Positions 25,101 to 38,045 of a stretch of DNA of 64,000 nucleotides are shown here, in pieces; the stretch's first letter is position 1; each line of letters begins with the position of its first letter. The notes beneath the pieces were generated by a model, which saw nothing but the letters and a program-made list of their open reading frames with translations, had not been told where the DNA came from and searched no databases. Where the stretch lies: the NCBI RefSeq assembly GCF_964355755.1, contig NC_092679.1, positions 24,411,432-24,475,431 on the forward strand, read 5' to 3'. The translations under genes were made by a program, and so were the position numbers. This DNA comes from Antedon mediterranea (Eukaryota > Animalia > Echinodermata).

Positions 25101-26892
25101 ATTGGTCAGAACAATTCTTAATGTTTTATATAATTCTAGTTGTGTTGTGAGAAAAACAATATTTTGAATTATAGATTCTGTAATTCTCAGTTTTAACGTC
25201 ATTTTATAGGTTATATCCTCTGGAAATTTGAATAAAATATCAGATCGTTGTGAATTTTAATCTTTGCAACAACAGATTACTCCTCTCTTATTTTGAAGCT
25301 CTTCTTCATTTTTTACTTCTTCTATTTGCTAACCTAAGCATGCCTATATGCCCATCCATCACCACCTCCGACCCCACCCCCACCCACAATAACCAAAAGA
25401 TAAACTACAAAACCTGTGTCGATCATCCACTATAGAGTGTCAAATTCATGCAGTCAAGCACCACCCACACTGCCGCTACCATCGCCCCAACCAACTTCTG
25501 CATACCACTTCCTCCACGTCCCCGCCCACCCCAAGTTAAAAATTGGAATGCAAAAGATAGGACACGTTAAGTGTTTAGACCCTCACCTCTATATTCAGCA
25601 ACACGCTATTATGTAAATGGTTTTTAACTCAATGCAGGGCCCCAATGGAAATCAGTTTTTAACTGTTTGGGCTTACCCAAATTTTTATGAACTATCTTGT
25701 AAATTTTGATAAGTTGTAGTAAAGTTGAGACCTGTCCTGTTTTGCATTCTGATCTCTTTTGACCTCAAATGACCTATTTACAAGGTCAGATTTTTTGGGA
25801 CGTTTTTCTGTATCTCTTTAAACAAAATAGATGTAAACATTTATAAAGACCTGGATGCAATTATTTCAAAGTTGAACATTATTTTCCATCAACTAAATAT
25901 TTCAATGCAAAATACTGTTTTTCTGGCAATGATTGAAATAAACCTGGCAACACATTCTCGTATTTTATCTAAACTATTCGTATGACTCTAGTAGCATTAT
26001 GACAAGCCAAATATACATATTATTATTGGATTAGCCATATTTTAATTTTGTGTCCTGTGTTTTGTTTGTTGATATTTTGTTTGTATTTTTTTGTATTTTC
26101 CATATTTTCCGGCTGGCAACACATAACCCATGTACGTAATTTACCCCAGTTTTCGTGATTATTGTTGAAAAACCCATTGACTATCAAATTACAAAACCTC
26201 ATAAAAACAACACTTTGGAAGTTATAGGTACGTTTATGGGGTATACTTTTATAAAAAAAATATTTTTTACAAACACCCCTTTTTAAATTAATGGTATCAA
26301 CCAAACTCTATTTTGTAAACTTTTTTTCTACATTAAATGGAACTCAATATTTGGTTGTTTACACTGCTATAAACAAAAACTGTATATTGTAAGTATTTTG
26401 GGTTAAAATAAGTATACAAGTTTGTAATTTTTCACTATAGAAAATCTGTAAAAAATAGCAAAAACATCAAAATTGGATAATTAGCCGTTGTCATGGCAAC
26501 GAAGGCTAAAAATTAAAATGAATGTTGTAGATATGTTTTTTATTGAAGTGTTTAGGTAAAAATTTGAGAGAAATTCATATTTTTACATCTGCCACCAAAT
26601 CTTTGATTTTTACACAATGGCTCTTAATATCGAAACTTACCCACTGCCTTTAAAGAACTTGAGGTAGACAGAATGTCCAAGCGGCATGATATTGTTTTCA
26701 TCTTTGTGATGGAACCTTACGCAAGTAACCTCTTCCCATAGACTCATTGCTGTTAAGATCGCATCCGTGTGTTCCTCTGAAAAATATACATTTTGGATAT
26801 AATTTGACAAGTTAAGTTCATCGATCCGTAGATTAAATAATCAATGATCAATCGTATAGTATAGATTAAACTTTTATCTATTTATCTTTCTG

Positions 26893-26952
<60 letters not shown>

Positions 26953-27861
26953 AGTTTTTATATAACGCCCACAACGAACAGAGCGCCTAACAATACTAGC
27001 ATTATTAATTAAAAGGAAAAGTTTTACGTTGACATTTACATAAAGTTGCCGAATTCGCTCCTCTTAATCGACAGGAAGCGCGTTCTAGAGCGCAGCGGTG
27101 ACGTCAGACAAAGCATTGTCACCAGCTTTCCGATTGGCATATGCTTTGTTGTTATATGCATATACTTACATAACTCAAGATGTATTGTTGGTATTTTTGC
27201 ATATGACCTTCTTTCTGATAAGTTAGAAGTAGCCTATAATATGTTGTTAAATGCCATTCACTTACCTAACTCAGGATGTATTAAATATGGTATTTTTGCA
27301 TATGGCCATATTTCGGATAAGTTAGACGTAGCTTTTCTTTTACTTCGTTTGATTGAGGAATCAGCAGTTTTTTGCAGCATGTCTATCTGATCTGACGTCA
27401 TTTTCATATCACCCTCAAAGCACCACGGACAACCAAAGGCATCTTGATCTTTATCTTCTTTTTGTTTCTAAATAAATGGAACAATACTGTATTATAATTA
27501 TAGAAGCAAATGGCGGATAAGAAAATACAGTAAATCAAATATTTCGTTATTATAATAACATTTATTAATTCATTTGATTTGGTCCCAAAATCACTAATAA
27601 TTATGTAAACAAGACACAACAAGAGACCACGACAAGAAATACACATAATGTAGAGTAAAATTGTATAAAACTGCAATAAATAAATAAATAAAAAGAATAA
27701 AAACGTGAGTTAAAAAGTCATCCATGACAACGAACGGAATTGGTTTGAATTGGAAACTCAAATGCAAAACTTACCGAAATATCAGATGTTGATTCAAGTG
27801 GTTTTGAAGGAATCTTATTAACAAACAATAGGCCTAGTATTAAAAACAACCGAAACATCAT
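16156..27861 (-). CDS. Secreted astacin metalloprotease (SpAN/BP10-like): signal-pro-astacin-EGF-CUB-TSP1-CUB-TSP1-TSP1-TSP1, ~745 aa (gene 2)
   Basis: 15 phase-consistent GT-AG exons: 27775-27861 (MMFRLFLILGLLFV...), 27266-27467 (FEGDM, RSKR), 26641-26776, 24281-24353, 23478-23681 (HEIGHSLGFIHEHSRYDRD, SVMHY), 22342-22468, 20772-20894 (EGF), 20317-20414, 19137-19255, 18663-18928, 18325-18437, 17980-18098, 17538-17809, 16882-17037, 16156-16298 (TAA). Confidence 0.92.
18535..18630 (+). mobile_element. LINE 3'-end fragment with (AAGT)n tail; second copy at ~24066-24156
   Basis: Two similar ~90-bp segments (GGATAGAC...TGGAGAAAGA...GGCGAAAGCCT...GAGCT) ending in AAGT repeats. Confidence 0.5.
19405..20311. 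mobile_element. MULE/Foldback-like element with internal inverted ~158-bp tandem repeats
   Basis: TIR GGGTATTGCTAAACAC; 10-bp TSD CTTACAGAGA (19395-19404, 20312-20321); internal units occur in both orientations. Confidence 0.88.
20960..22180 (+). mobile_element. RTE-type LINE 3' fragment interrupted by a MITE
   Basis: FKYLGS..., NFKRRKGLAW, IPISTKVKLYNATCVIVFVYCCEFW...QLKFLGHVL are RT C-terminal motifs. Confidence 0.75.
21044..21632. mobile_element. Kolobok-like MITE
   Basis: TTAA TSD (21040-21043, 21633-21636); imperfect TIR (AGGCCAGGTGCGGGCAAACA vs AGCTCAGGTACAGGCATACA); its removal restores the LINE reading frame. Confidence 0.7.
22985..23138 (-). mobile_element. tRNA-headed repeat (SINE family B)
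   Basis: Cloverleaf-like head at 23067-23138 (A box TGGTCTAATGG, B box GTTCGAGTC); shares its 3' body with 57044-57200. Confidence 0.75.
23269..23317 (-). ncRNA. Hammerhead ribozyme motif (Penelope type), cleavage triplet apparently mutated
   Basis: GTCTC-CTGATGA-GTGAGT-tgcacg-ACTCAC-GAAA-CAAGCCTGT-G-GAGAC; lies within a ~250-bp segment bounded by (TA)n tracts. Confidence 0.75.
24492..26623. mobile_element. Sola3-like non-autonomous DNA transposon
   Basis: GAG...CTC termini (GAGCCATTGT/ACAATGGCTC), TTAA TSD (24488-24491, 26624-26627), long degenerate inverted arms; within gene 2 intron 3. Confidence 0.7.
26890..26951. repeat. (TCTA)n microsatellite
   Basis: Direct tetranucleotide run. Confidence 0.95.
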
Positions 27862-27889
27862 GTTGGCTACAGTGATGAGGTAATGACAC

Positions 27890-28520
27890 GTTTAAAGTTC
27901 AAGACTCATGTGACAAATGATACAAAATGCAGTAGTAGAGTTGGTCAAATGTCAATAATATGAAAATTAACGAAAAGAAAACTACATAGATGATTGTCAT
28001 AAATCCCTATTATCTGCCTTAACAATTACCAATTACCGATTACCCTGCTGAAAGAGTTACTTAAACCATGGAACTATAATATATTATAATTCTATGCTTA
28101 AAATAACTTCGCCGCTTTGAACTTGGTAAATTTGCCTTGTGTCATTTCTATTGCACTATAATAGTTAATACGTTCCATTGTGGAATATATCCACTGTGGT
28201 TTATCGGTTTAACTCGTAATCAAAAAAACAATTTCGAAAGAATACAAATTCCATGTATTATCCCTGATGTCGTTGTCCTATATGACGACACTGCTTTGAT
28301 CTCACTGGGTCTAATCCCTCTTGAGCAGAAACTAATTAATCTATGTAAGACATACTTTGAAAAGTTGAAGCATAGTAAGCACCGATTAAACCATTTACTA
28401 CCCTTGCCCTTGATCAAATCTATAATCTTAGAAATAAAAGACAGTTCACTCTCCCAAAAATTAGATTAGAGAGGACAAAGACATTATTAATTATCAATTA
28501 TGGTGTATTTTATGAATGGT
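27890..28520 (+). mobile_element. Degraded CR1-like LINE 3' fragment
   Basis: ORF 28137-28469 (ERIQ...LGLIPLEQK...HRLNHLLP) resembles a LINE RT C-terminal tail. Confidence 0.55.
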
Positions 28521-29872
28521 AAATACATTTACTGTAAATAGTTTTGATATTCTGATACAGTTGTACCCTCCTCTTTCAAATCGGTTGTGTTAATTGTATA
28601 TATCTCGACTTTTTACAATTTTTTAAATCTATTTTTATTCAACCTGAAATTCCTTTATTTCTTCCAATTGTATAAATTGCTGTAAATATATTGAATTAAT
28701 TAATTTTAACTTGGTCCTATTTTTTTACATAAATATATTTTATATTCTAGAATGATTTATTTTTTAACGAGCATTTTTTCCCTTCCCTTTTTTGCCTCTG
28801 ATCGTTTGTATTTTGATGTTTTGTATCTTTGACATGCTTTTTTATATTTTCTTTATGTTCATTTTATTCTATGTAAAATTCAATCTCTGTCTAATTTGCA
28901 ATTAAGATTATTTGAATTGAAGTGAATTGAAATAACTGGTCGTTATAGACCAAGAGCCCCGAGGGGTCAACCTAGCTGCTGGAAAGTTAACCAATTTCTA
29001 TGCATGTGGCAATTACTTATGTACATATCAATGTATGGAAATTTCAGTCTGGCGCGTTTATTTTGGTGGATGTGGCTAGGAGGGACATTGTAAAGGGTAA
29101 AAAAATGATCTAGATCAGCTGAAAAGTTAGCCCCATAAAATCATTTGCAAATTGTTTGCCATAGAGCGAATTGTAATGAATGACCATTGCCAGACAATTT
29201 CAGTACCTTCCAGACCCCATTTCAGGAGGGCCAAAATTGAGCTAGATAAGCTTAAAAGTAACACTCTAAAACTGGTGGAAATGTTAAACTCATAACTATT
29301 ATGAATGACCATTGTCAGACATTTTAAGAGGTGGATAGATTGTGGATTGTGTCCGCCACACTCCGTCAAACACCCCATCCCCCAAAAAATGAGTTAGACC
29401 AGCTTAACAGCTTTTAAAACATGCTGTAAAATGTTCAGCATGATCCATAGTCTATATATATAAATTATGGTTAATTCTGACATAGGCAAGCACAATGGAA
29501 AAACTTTAGTACTAATCTCCGGCTTGGATACCTACCTTATCTATCTCAGATGTACCGCGAAACGTAGATTTGATAACATTAGTTTTCAGTACTACGCTAT
29601 TGTTCCATATTTCTTTCTTAGGAAGATATTATAAAGGGTTTTATAAGAAATGTTCTGATTTCAATCGGTAAATTTTAACTCTACGCTCGGTAGAAGTAAT
29701 TTCCGGGTTCACGGTAAGGTGTGTCAATCACCTTGCAAGTTCCCTGCATCGTTGGTTTCCACCAGGGAGTTGTAAAACATTCCCTGTTTCAACTAAGTTG
29801 GCCGTTGGTGCTTGGTGGCGATAGCAATTTTTTTTTTTTTTCGGACGCGGACCGGCCGTGTAAAGGTATAGT

Positions 29873-32409
29873 TATGTTGTTGCTAACGTTTTCCGTCTTC
29901 CGACATTACGCTTTCCACAATTTGTTTCCATTTTTTTCTGTTTATGGCAGGATGGTTTGTTATTGTGTTAGTGTCTACTATAGTCCTTGTAAGTCTTTCT
30001 TTATTTGATTCATCCAGTTATTTCTTGGTCTTCCTACGGGTCGTTTTACTTTCCTGTTAGTTTCCTTCATTGTTTGTTTGATTGGGGTATCATCCGGTAA
30101 TCTAATTATGTGTCCATACCATTTTAGTCTCCTTCGTTTAATTCTTTTACTCCATTCTTCTTGTTTTGTTATCTCGTATATTTTCGTGTTACACACTCTA
30201 TCTGTTAATTTAATATCTATCATCTTTCGCAACATTTTCCTGTGATATATATCTATACTCTCTTGTAATTTTTTGTTTAGTAGTACCCAGAGTTCACTGT
30301 TATATAAGAAAATACTTGCTATGTATGCGTCAAACAAACGGGATTTCACGTCTATAGACATCGTTTTGTGTTCTAGCGACGACTTCAGCTTGTTATATGC
30401 CATAGCTGCTAGTGATTTTCTTCTTTTAATGTCTTTTTCTGTGTCCAAGTTACTACCGAGGTATTTGCATTCTTCCCATTTACTATCGGTGTTTCTTCCT
30501 ATTAGCTATTCTTCTGTTTTACTTTCGTTTATCTTTAGATTGAATTCTGCTAATTTCTCTGTTACATTTTTCTTTATTTTAGTTATGTGTTCTTTTGAGT
30601 CGCTAATAAATGAAATGTCATCTGCATACTGCATCTGGATATTAAGCTGTTGTAGGGGTAGTGGTGTTGTGTTTGCTGATTCGAGTGCCTTTGCTAGGTA
30701 TAGTGTGAACAGTATCGGAGACATACAGTCACCTTGTGGTACTCCTAGTGTAGTAGTAAACAATTTTCCTGTCTGTTTTCCAATTCGAACGCTTAATTTT
30801 ACATTGTTTATCAAAACGTTCAACATGTGTAGTTCATCATCTTGTAATATATGTGTCAGTATGTCGAATAGAGTATTCCTCCGCACCGTGTCAAATGCAC
30901 TGGTCATGTCATGTAGTAGTAATATTATTTCGTAGTTAGATGACGCAATTGCCTTTTCTGCTAACATTTTGCATGTATGTACATGTTCGGTAGTGCTTCG
31001 TCCTCTGCGATACGCGGCCTGTGTTACAGGGACATGTTCATCTAATCTGTCGTTTATCCTATTTAGTAAGCATATTGCTAGCATTTTCCTAAGAACCGAC
31101 AGTAGGATGATGGGTCGGATGTTTTTTGGTGGACCTTTTTTCTTACCTGGTTTCGGTATTGGATGCAATATGCCTTCGTTGATTTCTTTAGGTATGTTTC
31201 CTGTTTTAGCTGTTTGGTTATATATTTCTGCTATGTGGTTAAAAACTTCTATAGGTGCATATTTTACCATTTCAGAGTATACTTGGTCACTTCCTGGGCT
31301 TTTATTATTTTTTAAGCATTTCGCTGCTTTGACAACTTCATCACTTGTAAAGGGAGACTTCATTTCAATAGGTTTAATGTTTTCGTTTATAGGTTTTTCT
31401 TGTGATTTGTGATAGACGTTTTCAAAGAAATTGCTAATTATTTCTACCTGCTCTTCTTCGTTTGTTGTTATACCGAACTCTGTTTCTACCACAAGTCTTT
31501 TATTTTCGTTAAGTTTTAGGTTTATTACTGCTTGGTACATTCTTGTTGAGTCATCTTTGAATTTTTCAATTTCAGCTATCTTTTCTTTTAGTGTGTCTTC
31601 TTTTTCTTTATTAAGTTCAGTATGAATATTCTTTATGATTTGATTTCTTTCTTTCCAAAGTTTTGTTTTCTTTGATTTGTCATTTGATGAATTTATGTCG
31701 CACCTCAACTGTTTCTGCTTCTTCGATAACTCTTGTATATATTTATTGTTTGATTTAGACTTTGCTTTCCTGTAACCAACCACTTCCAATGCTACATTCT
31801 GAAAGACTGTCTTTAATTTGGTCCATTTCTCTTGTGGTTCCAGGTCCTGGATGTTTACAGATTGTATACATCTCGATACCTCTCTTTGATATGTTTGTCT
31901 GTTTTGTTGTGCTTGAAGTTTTGACACATCTATTTGTTTGGTTTTCTTAGCGTTACTATTTAATTTATACCATTGTAGTGTTAAAGTTGTCTTGACTAAT
32001 CTATGATCAGTGTATGTTCTCGTACCACTGTATGCTCTTGCGTTAGTGACTAGCTTCATGTGTGAATTCTTAACTAGAATGTAATCGATCTGGTTTCTGT
32101 AGGGGTTGCGTCTGATCTCTCCACTCTTCTGATCGTTATGCTGATCGCGTCTCTGCGGGCATTCCCACGTAGTCCTATGTGACATCTTATGTTTAAACAT
32201 GGTATTTGTTAGTACTAGATTATTTCTTAGTGCACACTCAACTAGCTGTGTTCCATTATTGTTCGTTTTTCCTTTACCATATCTTCCTACACATTGTGGG
32301 TAATCATGATGGCTGTCCCCCGTTTTTGCATTCATATCTCCAGCTAATATTAGGATATCTCTGTTTTTTGCTTCATTTAATGCTTCTTGTTTCGTCATAG
32401 AACCTATCT
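29873..32409 (-). mobile_element. 5'-truncated RTE-clade LINE (APE endonuclease + reverse transcriptase), inactivated
   Basis: ORF 30506-32398 has GDMNAK, RNQIDYILV, TDHRLV, GVPQGDCMSPILF and YADD; in-frame TAG at ~30506 with same-frame continuation to 29978; TSD AGGTATAGT (29864-29872, 32410-32418). Confidence 0.93.
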
Positions 32410-32585
32410 AGGTATAGTATAGTACATAAAGATCAAATTAAATATATTCATAAAACAGGAGTAAATTTTGGAAAATAATTGATGATAAGAGCTTTTGTTT
32501 GAAATCGAATGAAACCCTGATAGCCGAGTTGTTGAGTAAGCTGTCAGGACTTTATGTATACTGTGCGCTATACTGTGTCCCGTCG

Positions 32586-33486
32586 GCGATTTTTTTTTTC
32601 GTACATAAGTTGGGGACCCCCTCATGAAACGTCACAAAATAAACATGAATAATTCATCAGTTAAATTTTCTTGTTCCGTGTGCACCCAAGCGTATAGCAA
32701 CAAGAAGTGATTGTGATTACAGTAGTTTACACTGTACAAGTGCGGTACGATTCTAGGCCTATCTCCGCTGTGGTTGCCGCGTGCGATTTCATAATAGAAT
32801 AGCGGCGTTTTGTGTGGATTGTCGAAATAATCAGCCTTTAGTTTATGGTGTGTTTAATATAATTTATTACTAAAGAATTACGTGTTAAAATTATAGTTTC
32901 TATTGATACTATTAGGCCTAATTACTATTCTGTAAACCCATGTCTATTCTAGTAGTAGCTGTGTTGGTGTGTGTGTGTTAGAGTCAGCAAAATTAAACAA
33001 TACACATTACACAAAAATACATTTTTTATTCTCGTGGGTCTAACCTTCCCATCTCATGTGTTCATATACGCGCAGTTCCTTTGATTACATGCATATTGTT
33101 TGATAATAAAATAGCAGAATTAAAAAAATACAGTACACAAATTATACACATTCTTTATTCTTGTGGGTCTAAGCTTTCTTTGGGCTATGTCCAATGAATT
33201 ACTACTTAGTGTAATATCTTGCCTAGCTGTCGATTAGCCTCGACTCGACACATTTTGCATAGTGGTGTGTGTGTGTGTGAAGAAGAGTGCGCGAAGGCAA
33301 TCACGTGAATTGACTTAGAATCCTAGGCCTACTGTAAAAGTATCGTATCGCAGTTGTGTAATTACTTCTTGTTGCTATACGCTTGGGTGCACACGGAACA
33401 AGAAAATTTAACTGATGAATTATTCATGTTTATTTTGTGACGTTTCATGAGGGGGTCCCCAACTTATGTACGAAAAAAAAAATCGC
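32586..33486. mobile_element. MULE-type MITE
   Basis: ~125-bp near-perfect TIRs; 9-bp TSD GTCCCGTCG (32577-32585, 33487-33495). Confidence 0.9.
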
Positions 33487-34559
33487 GTCCCGTCGACCCT
33501 GGGATACTTCTGCCCATGTTGCAAGCCGTCTAAAGCGTCTTCCTTCTTAGGCCAAAACGGCTCACTGTGTCGCGGAATAATGTATTAAGTATACCAATTA
33601 GGATGGTATTTATTTGAAAAAACGCCCGGAACACCTCCCCAATGAAACATCAATTAAAATAATTATCGCCACTCTCCCCCCCCCCCCTCCCGCCCAATCC
33701 AAATACCATCTAATAAACGCCCATCCACATTTATACACACAACAATGTATTATATTTATATCACAATTATACTATTTTTAGTAGATTTCATCAAACTGTT
33801 ATCTTTTTTTTTAAATTCTTTTTCACCACTTTTCATATCTACAATAAACACTATACGTAAAACGCTATTAATCACCTAAGACACTGTGAAACAGGTTAGT
33901 GAGTAGGTTTAGTTTTACGAATATCAAAAGCATTTAAATAATGGTACCCAACCGAAATTGTCCAGGCCAGAATGTCCTTCTAAACCTTTTTACCCGAGTC
34001 ATTATCATTCCGAGAACCATCATCTACACTTCCTAGAGGAGGAGCGAGCGAAGCGAGCTCACCCTCTAGTATCATAAATGACCATTGCCATTGACATTTT
34101 CAGTGTTCAGTTGATCAGCTCAAAAGCTAACCTTGTAAAACATGTATCCCTTTTATTGAACAACCACCCCAAGCAGACATAGATCAGCTTTAAAAAATTG
34201 GTGGTCAAGATAAAATGTCCATATCTTTTAATATGGACATTATAACTTGTTTATTAACATGTTTCTGGTACCAAAATATTCAGAACATGATTATTTACAT
34301 TTTCTCTAATGGAACATATTGGCCAAAAATGCCCGGAAATTCTATTTCTTGCATTTTTTTACCTTTGAGATTGATATGTTGTATCTTGGTAAGGAATGCT
34401 TCGAAATTAATGGGTTTCAAAAGCTTCGTGTTTATATATTATATTAATGAAATGTATTATTTGTAACTCGTACTTACTTTTTTTAATACCTTATTCATTT
34501 GTTTTATTATTGATTGAAAGAAAGAAAATAAATGTTTACGTTGAGTTGAGTTGAGCTTC

Positions 34560-37100
34560 GAAATGAATGGGTTTTAAGCGCATTGTTCGTTGCAGGGACA
34601 CTATTGTAATTCCAAAATCTGTGCTATTGTACGTCCGATTATTGAATATGGTATACCTGCTTGGTTACCTTACCAAAAAAGGACATCTCTACTCATTGGA
34701 ACAAGTCCAACGCCGAATGACTAAAATTTGTTTCTATGAGAACGATATTTCCTATGAACGACGTCTTGATGTTTTAGGATTAAGTTCACTTGAAAAACGT
34801 TTCCAACTCTTATACATGTCATTTATTGTCAAATGTCTTTATGGCATATATACTGTGGATATTTTAAACCATATTTCAATCAACCCTCGTCACGGTGATC
34901 ATCTCATATTTGTACACCCTTTCGCCCGGACAAATTCTTTAAAATACTCAATTTTCCACATATGTGTACAGCCACATCAAAACCAGGCACTTGGTGAAAT
35001 ATATATTTTTTTAGTTGATACTATAATGGTATTCCTCACAATATATCCTTCAAAATGGTGTTTGGATCATTTAAATCAAGCAAATATTCCCAGAGTTATG
35101 GCAATAAATATATATAGCATTTATACAACAATTTAATGGTAATTACTGAGTAATTAACAGTCAAAGTTTAATGACAAATCAGACAGGAAGTTGCCCCATG
35201 CTGTTACAGATTGAACAATTAACACCTTAGCAACACTACCTTCTAGATAAACAATCATTCTGAAATTTGGCACACTTATTCAATATAGTGTTTTCTGATA
35301 TTCATGAAAATTTCATCAAAATCCGAGGTGGTTATCATAGTTAATTATGACGATTACAAAGTACCACTCATTTACGTAAAATCTGTCAAATTCATTTATA
35401 ATAGTGTAGTGTAAGAATAATACAGTAGGCCTACTAGTAGGTATTCAGGAAGATTGCCTTAGCTTATTATTAGTTCTAAACAAATTTAAAAAAAACAGCA
35501 AACATTTTATTAATGAACTTTATTCCAATTTTATTTCTCTTTTTACTTTATTTTATCTGCTTTTTGTTCAAAATGGCGCAGGGCACACAATGTCCCTCGT
35601 TTCTGGTCGGCAAAATTCAATTACCAGTATTTTATTTGTAAGTGATTTGTATTGTACTGGTTTTTAGTGTTAATGTTATGTATGTAAGAGAAACTCAACA
35701 GTTCTTTTCAGACTTAATATACGTGGTGTACCGCAAACTTTATATCAACATTTGATTTCGCCATGCAAACCTTCAAACAATGTTATGTATTCTATTGTTG
35801 AACCAGCACCATAACAGATAGCCACACCCGTTAGCTTGAACAATGTTTTTAAGCATGATGAATAACGTGAAATTTAGCCAAGGTACCAGTATTTTATTTG
35901 TGAGAGATTTGTATTGTACTGGTTGTTACGGTTTATGTTTTGCACACACTCCCCACACACCCAACCCATCATTGGCAATTTTTAAGCATAATGAAATTTA
36001 ACCAAATTGAAATAAATAAAATAGCCCTGCACTGCAGTAGGCCTAGGCCTAGCCTAGTAAGTAAAGTAAAGCCTTCCAGGAGGCTTATTATACTAAAGAG
36101 AGGAAAACTCTAGGCCTTGTTGTTGTTATTACTATTATTATTACTAGCTAGCTAGGCCTACTATGCCATGCAGCCTATAGGCTAGTAGCCCAGCGTAGTA
36201 GTAGGCCTAGGCGGATCTCCGCCTAGTCTAGGCTTATAGTACTAGGCCTAGTAGAGCCAGGTCTAGCCTACTGTACCTAGCTAGGCCTAGGCCTAGTGTC
36301 AGTGGATTGAGAGTTACATTGCTAATATCAACTCTTACGATAAATAACTTAGCTAGGCCCTTTACTTTAGTATGTTATAACTTATTGTTATCAAGTCTGA
36401 GTCAGTACACGTCACTTTAGTATTACTGTGTACAGTACTTAGATGAACTATAAAAAATATATTTTTCTCGACAAGCGTGTGTACTAGCGATAAGATTTTG
36501 TTGACCTGGAATTTTCCATGCTGGATGGGTCATGTGACAAAATTAAACCAATCACATCGCTTCTTTCAGCGTGTTCGTAGCAACAAGGCCGTTTTTGTTT
36601 ACACTAAAGGGTTCTATAAAATCGGTTTTTATTGGTCTATATCGTACAATCTGTGACATCACTCATTTATTTTTAGATTCATGAACAAAATACCTATCGA
36701 ATGATACCAAGCTTTCAGGGGTTATCTACAAAATTACGGCGTAGGAATGACGAAAATAACTGCTTTTTTATAACGAATTACCACGTTCTTTCAATCGAAA
36801 CACGAGGATAGAGGCTCAGATTTATGTAATTTTTACCACCTTTCCATTTGAATTAGTTAATAAGATATATATTTTTGAAATCTACGGTAAATTTCCTATC
36901 AGATAATGGTAAAAAAACAAAATGGTCAAAATATGAGTTTCACACATTCAAATGCATTTTACACAAATCCCTATCTAGCGACAAGCGCCTGGTTTTGGTG
37001 TGGCTGTACACATATTTCCCCGTGCATGCAGGAGAAACTACCGGTAGAAATAAGGGATTCATTAATTTTAAATACAGGTATTAAGACTTTTATAAATAAG
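34560..37100 (+). mobile_element. CR1-like LINE 3' fragment (34560-34963 + 37016-37100) split by a MITE
   Basis: LEQVQRRMTK...YERRLDVLGLSSLEKR...FARTNSLKYSIFH|IFP are CR1-type C-terminal motifs. Confidence 0.65.
34964..37011. mobile_element. Non-autonomous TIR element, Sola1-like (4-bp AWWT TSD)
   Basis: ~30-bp TIR GTGTACAGCCACA(T/C)CAAAACCAGGC; TSD ATAT (34960-34963, 37012-37015). Confidence 0.7.
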
Positions 37101-37259
37101 CTTAAAATATATTTTAAGTAAGATTTTGCTATGTTATTGACGGTTTTTAATGATATTGTAATATATTTTAATTTATTTTGATATAGTATTATATGCAATT
37201 TTAATGTTTAATACAAATTTTATTCTAAATGTTTTTTATACAATCAGTGCAATAGGAGA

Positions 37260-38045
37260 CCTACTACTAATAATAATAATAACTGGTACTTGATATAGCG
37301 CATTATGCTGAAAGCCTCAATAATGCGCTTTACAAAGACAGAAAATTTAGAAAAATTACAAATTAAAAAGGTGGGTTTTGAGGAGAGATTTGAAGACACT
37401 GGTGGAAGTAGCCTGACGGATTTCAATAGGCAACGCATTCCATAGAGAAACGGATGCCGAAGAAAATGAACGATTTCCATAAAACTTAGTGGAAGGATGA
37501 AATAAATGGGCAAGAAGAGACTCAGATCTAGATCTCAGAGACCGCTTAGGAACATAAGGTTGAATAAGTTCAGAAATGAACTTAGATGGAGAATTATGAA
37601 GAGCTTTGAAAACAAATAGCAGGATCTTGAAGGTAATTCTTTGTGTTACCGGAAGCCAATGAAGCTGTCTCGGCACAGGTGTGATATGTTGCCTTATGGG
37701 GCTTTGAACGACCAATCGGGCAGCTGTGTTTTGGACTCGCTGAATTTTAGAGATATCCTTTGCTGGTAAGCCATAAAGTAATGAGTTACAACAGTCTAGC
37801 CTTGATGTAACAAAGGCGTGAACAAGAATCTCAGTTGATCTTGAATCCAGGTACTTCCGAATGCTTCCAATTTTACAAATAGCGTGAAGCCCAGCTTTGC
37901 AGATGTTATGTACCTGATTGGACATACTAAGCGTTGAATCCATGACAACTCCAAGGTTTCTACAGGATGACAAAGGTTGAATGAAAGAATTACCAATCTT
38001 AACAGAGGCAGTCCAACACGCAGGCTTAAAACGAGAAAAATGCAA
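37260..38045 (-). mobile_element. L2-clade LINE 3' fragment
   Basis: LVHAFVTSRLDCCNSLLYGLP...QRVQNTAARLV...LHWLPV; (TTA)n tail. Confidence 0.88.

Larger units (their letters stand above)
29451..34069 (+). mobile_element. Non-autonomous Helitron, copy A, with nested LINE and MITE
   Basis: Starts TCTATATATATAAATTATGG; ends with hairpin + CCCTCTAG|T. The empty site is visible in the opposite TIR at ~38650-38680. Confidence 0.85.

Noticed and set aside
29828-29841. Poly(A) tail of the RTE LINE
   Set aside because: Lies outside the LINE TSD (29864-29872) and belongs to the host Helitron.
30273-32400. Several plus-strand ORFs
   Set aside because: Antisense shadows of the minus-strand LINE ORF.
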